Made by a program: the position numbers and the translations under genes | Shown: one piece after another, positions 38,247-48,061 of the stretch | Numbering within the stretch: the stretch's first letter is position 1 | Layout: each line of letters starts with the position of its first letter | Source of the DNA: an uncultured Gemmatimonadaceae bacterium | GTDB taxonomy: Bacteria > Gemmatimonadota > Gemmatimonadetes > Gemmatimonadales > Gemmatimonadaceae | Assembly: GCA_963740355.1 (NCBI GenBank) | Contig: CAVUDW010000003.1 | Location: forward strand, 1,600,001 to 1,664,000 | Reading direction: 5' to 3' | Length of the DNA stretch: 64,000 bases | Notes under the pieces: model-generated | The model's database searches: none | What the model was told of the DNA's origin: nothing | The model's input: only the letters and a program-made list of their open reading frames with translations

Positions 38247-39118
38247 CAGCGTCCCAGCAGCGCGAGCGGCGGCACACCAACGAGGCGGCGCGCCGCCAGC
38301 CATCCGACCACGACACCCAGCACCACCGAGAGGCCACAGGCGAAGAGCACTGTTTCGGTGGTAACAAGCGTGAAGGCCAGCGTGGTGCGATGCACGCCCT
38401 GAAAATGCCAGTTCACCAGGCGCGCCACGATGATGCCGAACACCACACCGGCCATCGATCCAAGCAACGCGATGATGCCCGCTTCCAGTACCACGGAACG
38501 AACGATGGTGCTGGCCGAGATCCCCATCATGCGCAACGCCGCCACATCCCGACGGCGTTCATCGATCTTGAGCAGCAGGATGCAGAGCAGGAAGGCGGCG
38601 CTGGCGACGATCGTGATCACGCCGATCGCGCGGTGGAATCGGCGGACGACCTGGAAGGTGCTGCTGGTGCGCACTGCGATGTCTGCGCTGGGCCAGGCAC
38701 GAAAGCCGAACGCCGCATCGTTGATCGTGGCGAGCAACGAGGCGCGCGCCGAGTCGCCGGTGGTGCGAATTGCAAAGCGATCGACCCGATCGCCGTAGCC
38801 GATCAGGCGTTGCAACTGGTCGAGATGGACGCGTGCACGATACTCCGACCGCGCGATCTCGCTGGGATCGGCGCGCCGCGCCAGCAATGCCGACACGACC
38901 GCGCGCTCGGCGCCAGTGTCACCAGGGACGGCAGATATTCGCACCGTGTCCCCGATCCGCAGTCCAGCATCCGACGCCAGTCGGGCATCGAGCGCGATGC
39001 TGCGGACCTCCGTCGGCCGGGTCGGCGCAGAGTCAATCGTCTGGGCGAGCAGTGAATCCGGGGACGTCATGCCAAACAACAGCAACGCGCCAGCACCGGC
39101 GCCGAACCATGCGCGCAT
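38246..39118 (-). CDS. FtsX-like permease C-terminal half with N-terminal signal-like segment
   Basis: ERRRDVAALRMMGIS...VVLEA plus three TMs; lacks the canonical N-terminal MacB segment. Confidence 0.8.
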   Translation of the reverse strand: MRAWFGAGAGALLLFGMTSPDSLLAQTIDSAPTRPTEVRSIALDARLASDAGLRIGDTVRISAVPGDTGAERAVVSALLARRADPSEIARSEYRARVHLDQLQRLIGYGDRVDRFAIRTTGDSARASLLATINDAAFGFRAWPSADIAVRTSSTFQVVRRFHRAIGVITIVASAAFLLCILLLKIDERRRDVAALRMMGISASTIVRSVVLEAGIIALLGSMAGVVFGIIVARLVNWHFQGVHRTTLAFTLVTTETVLFACGLSVVLGVVVGWLAARRLVGVPPLALLGR

Positions 39119-39828
39119 CAGGCGCTGAGAGCGATTCGGACAGCGCGCGCGGCGGTGGGACCGATCTGGCGCATCGACGTCCCGACCATCACATCGATCG
39201 GGCCATCGTATGGCGCACGCGTGTGGACTTGTACCATGGCACCAGGTCGCAATTCGAGGTCACCGAGATAACGCAGCATGACAGGATCCTTGTCGCTAAC
39301 GCTCATCACGGTGCCGCGGGTGCCAAGCGGCCAGTCGGCGAGGGTCATGTGGCGCGTTTCGTCGACGACGCCGTCGCGCGTCGGGATCGGTGCGCCATGT
39401 GGATCGAACCGTGGATCACCGAGTGCGTGCGCCATCCGGTCGATCAGCGCGTCGGAAGCCGCATGTTCGAGTTGTTCAGCTTCCGCGTGCACATCGTCCC
39501 ATGGCACGCCGAGCACCGTGGCGAGATAACTCTCGAGCACGCGATGACGGCGCAGGGTGCGCAGCGCGGCGATGCGGCCCGCCGCCGTGAGACGGGCACC
39601 GCGATACGGCTCGTGCTCCAGCAATCCCTGCGCGGCCAGTCGTCGCACCATGCCGCTCACGCTGGCGGGAGCCAACTCGAGCCGTTCAGCGAGCGCATTC
39701 GTGGTGGCCGCGTCTCCGCCCTGCTGGATGTCGTAAATCGCCTTCAGGTAGTCCTCGACCGGCGCCGTCAGCGTCAGCGCGGGTGAGTCCATCGGTGCAT
39801 CCACCGGCGTGCGACGCGGCGCACTCAC
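39118..39828 (-). CDS. mntR: DtxR/MntR family metal-dependent repressor with FeoA domain
   Basis: EDYLKAIY, ASVSGMVRRL, RRHRVLE, EAEQLEH, DPHGAPIP. Confidence 0.92.
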   Translation of the reverse strand: MSAPRRTPVDAPMDSPALTLTAPVEDYLKAIYDIQQGGDAATTNALAERLELAPASVSGMVRRLAAQGLLEHEPYRGARLTAAGRIAALRTLRRHRVLESYLATVLGVPWDDVHAEAEQLEHAASDALIDRMAHALGDPRFDPHGAPIPTRDGVVDETRHMTLADWPLGTRGTVMSVSDKDPVMLRYLGDLELRPGAMVQVHTRAPYDGPIDVMVGTSMRQIGPTAARAVRIALSA

Positions 39829-40313
39829 TTGGTGGTCTCCGGGCCACGCGGTTGTGGCGTGGCCGAGCGGGATGCCGGTGTGCCGGCCGTCCCACGGACC
39901 AGCAGCACCGGAACCAGGCAGCGATGACGCACCTGGTTGGCGACGCTGCCGCGAACGACATCGTTGAGAAAGCCATGACCGTGCGTTGCCATCGCGATCA
40001 GGTCGCAGGCTTCGCGTTCGGCTGCAGCGCAGATCTCCGCCGCAGGATCGCCTGAGGCCAGGACAGCGTCCACATCGAGCACCGTGGTTGCGAGATCGGC
40101 CGCACAGCGGTCGAGGTAGGCCCGGTCGGCGCGCATCTCATCGGACTCCCGCAGCTTCAGCGCGTGCAGGTTGCGGGCGGCAAAACCGTCGGCCACATGA
40201 ATCAGTGTCACCTTCGACTGACACAGCGTGGCCAGCGTCCGCACATGACGCAGGATCGCCTCGTCATACGGCGAATTCTCGAGTGGCACGAGCACGTGGC
40301 GATACATGGTCAT
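39825..40313 (-). CDS. Universal stress protein
   Basis: [19 protein letters not shown]...GSVANQV...PVLLV. Confidence 0.92.
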   Translation of the reverse strand: MTMYRHVLVPLENSPYDEAILRHVRTLATLCQSKVTLIHVADGFAARNLHALKLRESDEMRADRAYLDRCAADLATTVLDVDAVLASGDPAAEICAAAEREACDLIAMATHGHGFLNDVVRGSVANQVRHRCLVPVLLVRGTAGTPASRSATPQPRGPETTK

Positions 40314-41710
40314 CGCATCCATTGGCGAGCCACCTGAAACAGCAACCAGGCGTTGAGCGATGCGATCACCACGGCGATGCTCCAGGCAAGCACAGTCAAC
40401 CAGCGGGCATTCACGAACTCGCCCATCTTGGCGCGATCCGACGTGAACGACACCAGCGGAAAGACTGCGAAGGAAAGCTGCAGGCTGAGGATCACCTGAC
40501 TGAGGACGAGGAGCTGCGCCGTACCACTGGCGCCGTACAAGATACTGACCACGACCGCCGGGACAATCGCAATCGCGCGAGTGATCAGGCGGCGCACCCA
40601 CGGTTGCAGGCGCAGGTTGAGGAACCCTTCCATGACGATCTGGCCAGCCAGCGTGCCCGTCAACGTCGAGTTCTGGCCCGAGGCGAGCAGGGCCAGCGCG
40701 AAGACCGTGCTGGCGCCAGCGCCCAGCAGCGGCGTGAGCAGCTTCCACGCATCCTGGATTTCAGCGACCCCCGTGTTGCCGGAGGTGTGGAAGGTCGCTG
40801 CCGCCACGATCAGGATCGCTGCATTGATGCAGAGCGCGAAGGTGAGGGCGATGGTCGAATCGGCAAACGCATATTTCACGGCTTCGCGCTTGCCCTCGGC
40901 CGTTTCCTCGTACTTCCGCGTCTGCACGATGCTCGAGTGCAGGTAGAGGTTGTGCGGCATGACCGTCGCACCGAGAATGCCGATCGCGATGTAGAGCATG
41001 TTCGGATTGCTCGCGATCTCTGGCCCCGGGATAAATCCGCGCAGCACACCACCGATGTCGGGGCGGGCGATGATCAGCTCGAACAGGAAGCAGACGCCAA
41101 CCACCGCCACCAGCGCGATCACCATCGCTTCCAGCAGCCGGAATCCCTTCCCCTGCAGCCAGAGCACGACCAGCACGTCGAGTGCGGTGAGCGTGACGCC
41201 GAGCGGAAGCGGGATGTTGAAGAGCAGTTGCAGGGCGATGGCGGTGCCGATCACCTCGGCGAGATCGCAGGCGGCGATTGCCAGTTCCGCGATGATCCAG
41301 AGCGCGAACGACATGCGCTTCGGGTAGGCGTCGCGGCACGCCTGTGCGAGATCGCGCCCCGTGACGATGCCGAGTTTCGAGGCGAGCCCCTGCAGGAGCA
41401 CCGCCATCAGGTTGCTGATCAGGATGACGTAGAGCAGCGTGTAGCCGAACTGCGCGCCGCCGGCGAGGTCGGTGGCCCAGTTGCCCGGGTCCATGTAGCC
41501 GACCGCGACCAGGTAGCCAGGTCCACCGAAGGAGAGGAGCTTCCGGAACCAGTTGCCTCGGCTGACCGGCACCGACCGGTACGCTTCGGCGAGGGACGGC
41601 GCCTCACGGGTCCGCCGCCAGCCGGGGATACTGCCCGCAACGGGGTTTCCCTCCTCAGGATCAGGGGGGATGAACGGCGGCTCGGTCGGGGTACGGCTGG
41701 GCAGGGTCAT
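40310..41710 (-). CDS. mntH: Nramp family Mn2+ transporter
   Basis: [39 protein letters not shown]. Confidence 0.97.
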   Translation of the reverse strand: MTLPSRTPTEPPFIPPDPEEGNPVAGSIPGWRRTREAPSLAEAYRSVPVSRGNWFRKLLSFGGPGYLVAVGYMDPGNWATDLAGGAQFGYTLLYVILISNLMAVLLQGLASKLGIVTGRDLAQACRDAYPKRMSFALWIIAELAIAACDLAEVIGTAIALQLLFNIPLPLGVTLTALDVLVVLWLQGKGFRLLEAMVIALVAVVGVCFLFELIIARPDIGGVLRGFIPGPEIASNPNMLYIAIGILGATVMPHNLYLHSSIVQTRKYEETAEGKREAVKYAFADSTIALTFALCINAAILIVAAATFHTSGNTGVAEIQDAWKLLTPLLGAGASTVFALALLASGQNSTLTGTLAGQIVMEGFLNLRLQPWVRRLITRAIAIVPAVVVSILYGASGTAQLLVLSQVILSLQLSFAVFPLVSFTSDRAKMGEFVNARWLTVLAWSIAVVIASLNAWLLFQVARQWMR

Positions 41711-41726
41711 GGCTGGCCGAATAGGA

Positions 41727-41774
41727 AATTTCGTCTCTCCGAAATTATATCGGCAGGTCGGGAGGACAAGTCAA
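41727..41774 (-). promoter_or_regulatory. mntH promoter with palindromic operator (probable MntR box)
   Basis: AATTTCG-N6-CGAAATT at 41727-41746 overlaps minus-strand TATAAT (41749-41744); TTGACT at 41774-41769 (19-bp spacer). Confidence 0.7.
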
Positions 41775-41942
41775 GCCGGCGCCGATCGGGGCCATCCGTT
41801 TGCGGGACGGCATCGCGATGTTCCTGATATGCCACAGCTCGGCTTAACGTCGAGACTGGCACGGAGTCTGCCTTGTGTCTCCCCGACGCGACCACGGTCG
41901 CGCCTCGATCATGACCAACTCCGCTGACACAGGACCTGACCA

Positions 41943-42791
41943 ATGTCAAAGCACACCCTGCTGCGCGCTGTCACTGCGCTGACCGTCGCCGCCCTCTTCA
42001 CCGCCTGCGGTGATTCGAACGGCCCGACCGACAGTGGCGTCTCCGCCTCCGTTTCTGCCGCCACGACCCTCGATGTCGCCACCGTCGCTGGCGACGCCGC
42101 ACAGGAAGACGTCGAGACCTTCAAGGTCAACCGCGGCGCCTTCGGCCTCGCCACGATCGACTTCGAACGCTTCGGCCGCTGGGACTCCTGCCCGTACGAC
42201 GCCGCCTCGAGCCGCTTCGTCTGCGTCGAAAGGACCCGCGGGCCGTTCACCTCCAGCCGCAGCTACGCCTATCTCGATGCCGCCGGCGCAGGCCAGAGTG
42301 CGTACAGCAGCACCACCACGGCCGCCGCGAACTTCAAGTGGTCGCTCAGTGGCACGATCACGCGCGAACGCTGGAGCGGCAGCATGTCACGCAACCGCGA
42401 CATCACGATGTCCGGCCTGCTCGGCACCAACACGACGGTCACCGTCAATGGTACCGGCTCCGCTGAAAAGCAGCGCACGAAGTTCCTGCGTGACAGCGCC
42501 GGCCCGAACGGCCTGACGCGTGAGTACAACATGGAATCGTCGCTCGCGATCGTGAACGTGGTCACCCCCGCGATCCGCATGCCAGACGCCTGGCCGGTGA
42601 GCGGCACGATCACGCGCAACTATCAGGTCACGCGCACCGATGCCACCAACGGCACGATCGTCACCACCCGCAACTCGGTGGTCACCTTCAACGGTACGCA
42701 GTTCGCCGACCTGGTGGTGAATGGCAAGGCCTTCACGCTCGACCTGGCCACGGGCAAGGTGACGGTCAAGGCAACGGTCACCGCTGGCTGA
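41943..42791 (+). CDS. Hypothetical lipoprotein
   Basis: Lipobox FTAC; AGGA RBS; strong codon bias. Confidence 0.8.
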   Translation: MSKHTLLRAVTALTVAALFTACGDSNGPTDSGVSASVSAATTLDVATVAGDAAQEDVETFKVNRGAFGLATIDFERFGRWDSCPYDAASSRFVCVERTRGPFTSSRSYAYLDAAGAGQSAYSSTTTAAANFKWSLSGTITRERWSGSMSRNRDITMSGLLGTNTTVTVNGTGSAEKQRTKFLRDSAGPNGLTREYNMESSLAIVNVVTPAIRMPDAWPVSGTITRNYQVTRTDATNGTIVTTRNSVVTFNGTQFADLVVNGKAFTLDLATGKVTVKATVTAG

Positions 42792-42803
42792 TCGACACGC
42801 ATC

Positions 42804-42852
42804 AAAAACAAAGCGCCCCGCATCGATGCTGATGCGGGGCGCTTTGTATTTT
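42804..42852. terminator. Bidirectional intrinsic terminator
   Basis: ACAAAGCGCCCCGCATC...GATGCGGGGCGCTTTGT with A- and T-rich flanks. Confidence 0.85.
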
Positions 42853-42874
42853 GTTGCCGGCACCAATCCCAGTC

Positions 42875-42918
42875 CAACGCGACACCGCACAACGCGACAC
42901 CGCACAACGCGACACCGC
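42875..42918. repeat. 15-bp tandem repeat x3
   Basis: CAACGCGACACCGCA at 42875, 42890 and 42905 (last copy 14 bp). Confidence 0.9.
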
Positions 42919-42928
42919 GCACCACCCG

Positions 42929-43507
42929 CTACCCCGCCGGCTGCGCCAACGCCAATAACTGCGTCACGATCCGCTCGGTCAGCCCCCACACGAGATCGTC
43001 GCCACGCCGATACGCCGGAAAACGCAGGCGCGCGCCACCACGATCGAATACATGCTCAGCAGCTGACGCGGGATCCCGCAACTCCGAGATGGGCATCCAG
43101 AAGGTCGAGTGGACCTCGTCATTCGGCACCAGCTCAACCGGCCGCTCGAGCGCAAACACAAATGGCCGCACGGCAATCGATGGCAGCGCCGCAGACCGCG
43201 GCCGAATGTCATCCAGCACACCGAGCAGCCGCGCGTCGACATCAAGATCCAGCGCAAGCTCCTCACGCGTCTCACGTCGAGCCGTGGCCTCCAGCGACGC
43301 ATCGACCACATCGCGCCGACCGCCCGGAAATGCCACATGCCCGCTCCACGGATCGCCAACACGCTCAGCCCGCCGGATGAACAACAGCTCTGCATCGGTC
43401 AACGACGTCCCACGCAACACGAGCGCCACCGCCGCCCAGCGCAATCCCTCCTCGTCACCTTCCTCCCGACGAGCATGCGCCCGCAGCGCAGCAAGCAACG
43501 CGTCCAT
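42929..43507 (-). CDS. NUDIX hydrolase, CoA pyrophosphatase family
   Basis: AAVALVL, WSGHVAFPGG, TARRETREEL, VWGLT. Confidence 0.92.
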   Translation of the reverse strand: MDALLAALRAHARREEGDEEGLRWAAVALVLRGTSLTDAELLFIRRAERVGDPWSGHVAFPGGRRDVVDASLEATARRETREELALDLDVDARLLGVLDDIRPRSAALPSIAVRPFVFALERPVELVPNDEVHSTFWMPISELRDPASAAEHVFDRGGARLRFPAYRRGDDLVWGLTERIVTQLLALAQPAG

Positions 43508-43538
43508 CAGCAGTCAACGCACGAAGACAACAGGCGAA

Positions 43539-43904
43539 TCATCCCTCGACGTCACCGTTCGCATCAACCCACCCGCGAAAGCCACCAGCCATCGACGCGA
43601 CATTCGTATACCCCATCTGCTTCAGCGACTCCGCCGACAGCGCTGACCGGTTCCCGCTCGCACAGTACAGGACGACCGTGGCGTCACGCGGCACGACTGC
43701 ATCAATCTTGCTCTCCAACGTGCCACGCGACATATGCACGGCACCTGCCGCATGGCCGAGGTTCCACTCGCGATCCTCACGCACATCGATCAACACGACT
43801 GACGGATCGGTGGCCCGCTTCGCAATGGTCTCCGCGGCCGACACTTCGACGATCCGCGTCTTTGCATCGGCGAACATCTCTGCTGCACTCTTCATCTGCA
43901 CCAC
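43539..43904 (-). CDS. Rhodanese-like protein
   Basis: LIDVRE..EW..GH, LYCASGNRS, MAGGFRGW. Confidence 0.93.
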   Translation of the reverse strand: MVQMKSAAEMFADAKTRIVEVSAAETIAKRATDPSVVLIDVREDREWNLGHAAGAVHMSRGTLESKIDAVVPRDATVVLYCASGNRSALSAESLKQMGYTNVASMAGGFRGWVDANGDVEG

Positions 43905-43943
43905 GCTCCGTTCGGTGTCTGGGAGTTCACGACTGCTCGACGA

Positions 43944-44876
43944 CTAGCTCACGTCCGACCACGGCCCAGCAACCGCCAGCGACACGGCATCGACATCCAG
44001 CGTCGCCCGCGCCCCAAGTGGCACGGTCCACTGATCGTCAATATGCCCAATCGGCAGGTTGGCAAGACAGGGCACCCGCAACCGTCCAGCCAACTCCGCC
44101 ACCAGGTCTTCAACACTCGATGCGCCGACGTTCTCGTCCTCCGGCACCTTCGTGAACTGCCCCACGGCAAGACCCACACAGCCGTCGAACGCGCCCGACT
44201 GCTCCAACTGCCGCAACAGCCGATCCACACGATACGCCGCCTCGTTCACATCCTCGAGCACGACGATCGCCCCGTCGCCTCGCAGCGCATCCGGCGTCCC
44301 ACTCAACGCCGCCAGCAACGACAAGTTGCCACCCGCCAACCGCCCGGTCACTCGCCCCGCCCGCACCGGCACCGCGCTCGGCCACACCCCACACGGCTCG
44401 CTCCGCTGCGTCACCGCGACCTGCAACGACTCGACGCTCATCGCCGGCATCGGCGCCCGCGCAGTATGCGTGTGAAAAGTCACCGCACCAACTCGCGCCG
44501 CAATCGCACAATGCAACACGGTCACATCCGAGAACCCGATCACCGGCTTCGGCCGCGCCGCAAACGCCTCGAACGACAACGCCGACACAATCCGCGACAG
44601 GCCAAATCCACCGCGCACACACCACACAGCATCGATCCCGGGATCGTCCAACGCCCACTGCACATCGCGCAACCGCTCAGCGTCACTCCCGGCGAGATAC
44701 CCATCACTCCGCAACACACTCGCACCACGCACTGGCTCCCACCCATACGCACGCACGGTCGCCTCGGCCCGCGCCACGTCGGCCTCGCCACGCAATGGCC
44801 CGGATCCACACACGAGCGCCACCCGCGCGCCAACATCCAATGCGCCAGGCCACCACGATTTCGATGATATCTGCAT
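43944..44876 (-). CDS. LD-carboxypeptidase (peptidase S66)
   Basis: YLAGSDAER, RGGFG, GFSDVT, GGNLSLL, LEDVNE, PIGH. Confidence 0.93.
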   Translation of the reverse strand: MQISSKSWWPGALDVGARVALVCGSGPLRGEADVARAEATVRAYGWEPVRGASVLRSDGYLAGSDAERLRDVQWALDDPGIDAVWCVRGGFGLSRIVSALSFEAFAARPKPVIGFSDVTVLHCAIAARVGAVTFHTHTARAPMPAMSVESLQVAVTQRSEPCGVWPSAVPVRAGRVTGRLAGGNLSLLAALSGTPDALRGDGAIVVLEDVNEAAYRVDRLLRQLEQSGAFDGCVGLAVGQFTKVPEDENVGASSVEDLVAELAGRLRVPCLANLPIGHIDDQWTVPLGARATLDVDAVSLAVAGPWSDVS

Positions 44877-44921
44877 GGAACGGATGCTAAGGGATCGCCC
44901 CTCCGATGCTACCGTCGCGCC

Positions 44922-47900
44922 ATGCCCTCCCCACTCTCCTCCCGCGCAGCCCGCTCCCTCCTCGCCAACGCACACTCAGCCACTGGCCTGCGCCTCCTCG
45001 TGCGCGCCCTTGGCTTCACCAGCGCCGAACATCGACTCGCCCCCCGCCCACTCACAGTCCTCGGCCTCGCCACCAATCCTGCCATACGTGCGTCCCGATT
45101 CACCCGCAACGATGACATCGCCCTGCTCCTCGTCGAACAGGTTGACGCAACACACTGGCGCGACACTCTCCGACGCCTCGCCACCCGCCTCGATCGCCTC
45201 ACGGATCACCGCCGCTGGCTGGTGATCCTGCACTGCACACACGCCCACGAGACCACGCTCGCCATCGCCTGCTGGCTCAGCTCCACGCGCGGACCACGCC
45301 TCGCCGTCCTCACCACCGCACCAACCCACGTCCTCGACTCCGACGCACAGACGATCGCCGCCCTCGCCGCCGCCTGGCACCCAGACCCCACCCTCACCTG
45401 CCTCCGCTGGCACGACCTGCTCGGCAGACACGCGATCGGACGCCGCTTCTTCCGCGAACTGGATGCCCACGTCGCCGCCATCGCCGACAACTGGCCCGCA
45501 CGCGTCCATGCCGACGACCGACGCACGCTCGCACTGATCCACGTCGCACGCCTGCTATTCCTCAAGTTCCTCGAAACGAAAGGATGGCTCGACAACGATC
45601 GCGCCTTCCTCGCACGCCACGCCGAAGACACACTCGCATCCGGCGGCCGCCTCTGGCACCGCCTCATCGCACCACTCACCTTCGGCACACTCAACACCCC
45701 GCGCCGCCACCGCGCACCAACGGCACGCGCCTTCGGCGACATCCCGTTCCTCAACGGCGGCCTCTTCGCCTGCTCGGCCACCGAACGTCGCGCTCGACAC
45801 CCCTCCATCAGCGACGAGCTCCTCGCCCCGCTGCTCCTCGATACGCTGGCCCGCTTCCGGTTCACAGCCCGCGAAGAAGCGCAAACCTGGCAGGAAGCAG
45901 CCATCGACCCAGACCTGCTGGGCAAAACGTTCGAATCGCTGATGGACGAGAGCCAACGTCGAGGCTCCGGCACGTTCTATACACCGGCCGCACTGGTCTC
46001 GTCGCTGGTCGACGACGCGCTCCGCCACGCCCTCCACCCGCCACTGACTCTGGCCGCGCTCGACGACTTCCGCGTCCTCGACCCGGCCTGCGGCTCGGGC
46101 AGCCTCCTCGTCGCCACCCTCGAGCACCTCACGACGCTCCGCCAACAACTCGGCGATACACGCCCAGTCGCGACTATCCGCAGACACGTCCTCACCCACT
46201 CGATCTTCGGCGTCGACATCGCCCCAATGGCGGTCTGGCTCTGCGAGCTCCGACTCTGGCTCTCCATCGTCATCGACGACGAAACAACGACCATCCCGAC
46301 GATCGCCCCACTCCCCAACCTGGATCACCATATCCGCATCGGCGATTCACTCGGCCAGTCCTCCTTCGAGAACACGCCATCACCGAAATCACTCGGCATC
46401 GCCGCTATCCGCGAACGCTATGCGCACAGCACTGGCGCCCGGAAACGCACCTGCGCCGCACGCATCGAAACGGTCGAACGCAACTCCGCCCACCTCATCG
46501 CGACACGCACCATCACCGCCCTCCGCACCGAACGCACGGAACTGCTCCAACTAGCCCGCCAACACACGCTCTTCGGCACGCGCCACGGCCTCTCCACCAC
46601 ACAACGCCGCCGACTCACCACCCTCCGCACACTCATCACCGAACAACGACGCACACTCCGACGCATCGACGACGGGGGCACGATCGACTTCGACTTCCGC
46701 ACCCACTTCAGCGATGCCGCCACCGCCGGCGGCTTCGACCTCGTCATCGGCAACCCACCGTGGGTGCGCTCCCAACACCTCGACTCCAACACCCGCCTCC
46801 ACCTCCGCACACGCTTCGCTGATGTCACCCGCCACGCCAACGGCAACTCGGCTTTCGGCGTGCAAACCGACATCGCGATCCCGTTCACACACCGCGCGCT
46901 CGATCTCACACGACCAGGAGGAATCCTCGCATTCCTCCTCCCCGCAAAACTCTGGCGATCCGTCGCCGCCGGCGCACTCCGACACCACCTGCTCCAACAC
47001 GCCACACCCAAACACCTGCGCGACTACTCCGCCGATGCCGGTGGATTCTCCGCCGCCGTCTACCCATCCACCATCGTGCTCCAACGCACCCTGCCGACCC
47101 CGGACATGACGAATCCACACACCGGATCGGTGGACTGCCACGCAACCGACGCCGCGGGACACACACACGATTTCCGCATCGCAACACACGCGCTCGCTGC
47201 CTCCCCCGAACCCGGCGCACCGTGGCGCATCGTTCCGGACACCGTCCGACACGCCGCCAACCTGCTCAACGCCTCCGGATCACGCTGGCTGGACACGGTC
47301 CTCCCCTCGCCAACACTCGGCGTCAAAACGGGGTGCAACGACGCATTCCTGATCGACGATTCTGCGATTCCCGACGCACTCCGCCCATGGACTCGCCCCG
47401 TCCTCCGCGGCGATCACGTGCAGGCCTGGCACTGCAGAGAACTGCAGACCTCGATCGTCATCCCCCACGACGACAACGGACTGATTCTCAAGCGGCTGCC
47501 CGCGCCACTCGCACGACACTTCGCACCACACGAACGCGCGCTCGTCGCGCGAACAGACCTGCGCCCGCGCGAACCCTGGTGGACGCTCTTCCGCACGGAC
47601 TTGATCGCGAATGCAGGCTGGCGCGTCGTCTGGGCCGACATCGGCCGCACCCTCCGAGCCACCGTGCTCCCACCACACACGACCACCGTCCCGCTCAACA
47701 CCTGCTACGGCGTCCGACTCCACGACCCCGTCGACGCCCACACCCTCGCCGCGCTGCTCAACGCCCCAACAACGACGGCCTTCCTCTCCCTCATCGCCGA
47801 ACCGGCCCGCGGCGGATACCACCGATTCCTCGGCTGGACAGTTCAGGCACTGCCAATTCCACCCTGGCACCGCGCCCGAGAAGTCCTCGCCCCCATCGCG

Positions 47901-48056
47901 GCCCGCGCACGACGCGGCGAGACGGTCAACGCCGACACCCTCCACCACAGCACCCTCGACGCCTACGGCATCACCCACACACAAGTCGCACCACTCCTCG
48001 ACTGGACCGCCGTCACCCTCGCCGACGATCGCACCTCAACACCACGCTCCGCGTGA
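44922..48056 (+). CDS. Large N6-adenine DNA methyltransferase (Eco57I/type IIG-like architecture)
   Basis: FLKFLE.KGWL, IPFLNGGLF, GTFYTP, motif I VLDPACGSG, IFGVDI, PLPNLD...GDSL, motif IV FDLVIGNPPW; TRD-like C-terminus. Confidence 0.88.
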   Translation: MPSPLSSRAARSLLANAHSATGLRLLVRALGFTSAEHRLAPRPLTVLGLATNPAIRASRFTRNDDIALLLVEQVDATHWRDTLRRLATRLDRLTDHRRWLVILHCTHAHETTLAIACWLSSTRGPRLAVLTTAPTHVLDSDAQTIAALAAAWHPDPTLTCLRWHDLLGRHAIGRRFFRELDAHVAAIADNWPARVHADDRRTLALIHVARLLFLKFLETKGWLDNDRAFLARHAEDTLASGGRLWHRLIAPLTFGTLNTPRRHRAPTARAFGDIPFLNGGLFACSATERRARHPSISDELLAPLLLDTLARFRFTAREEAQTWQEAAIDPDLLGKTFESLMDESQRRGSGTFYTPAALVSSLVDDALRHALHPPLTLAALDDFRVLDPACGSGSLLVATLEHLTTLRQQLGDTRPVATIRRHVLTHSIFGVDIAPMAVWLCELRLWLSIVIDDETTTIPTIAPLPNLDHHIRIGDSLGQSSFENTPSPKSLGIAAIRERYAHSTGARKRTCAARIETVERNSAHLIATRTITALRTERTELLQLARQHTLFGTRHGLSTTQRRRLTTLRTLITEQRRTLRRIDDGGTIDFDFRTHFSDAATAGGFDLVIGNPPWVRSQHLDSNTRLHLRTRFADVTRHANGNSAFGVQTDIAIPFTHRALDLTRPGGILAFLLPAKLWRSVAAGALRHHLLQHATPKHLRDYSADAGGFSAAVYPSTIVLQRTLPTPDMTNPHTGSVDCHATDAAGHTHDFRIATHALAASPEPGAPWRIVPDTVRHAANLLNASGSRWLDTVLPSPTLGVKTGCNDAFLIDDSAIPDALRPWTRPVLRGDHVQAWHCRELQTSIVIPHDDNGLILKRLPAPLARHFAPHERALVARTDLRPREPWWTLFRTDLIANAGWRVVWADIGRTLRATVLPPHTTTVPLNTCYGVRLHDPVDAHTLAALLNAPTTTAFLSLIAEPARGGYHRFLGWTVQALPIPPWHRAREVLAPIAARARRGETVNADTLHHSTLDAYGITHTQVAPLLDWTAVTLADDRTSTPRSA

Positions 48057-48061
48057 AAACG

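Noticed and set aside
39986..41827. Long antisense ORFs (613 aa here; also 30729-32312, 35350-36777, 62189-63436)
   Set aside because: They lie opposite well-supported genes and are typical of stop-poor high-GC DNA.
47222..48061. N-terminal extension of the 993-aa helicase ORF
   Set aside because: It overlaps the MTase in another frame and is Arg/Pro-rich shadow sequence; ATG 48062 follows the MTase stop.
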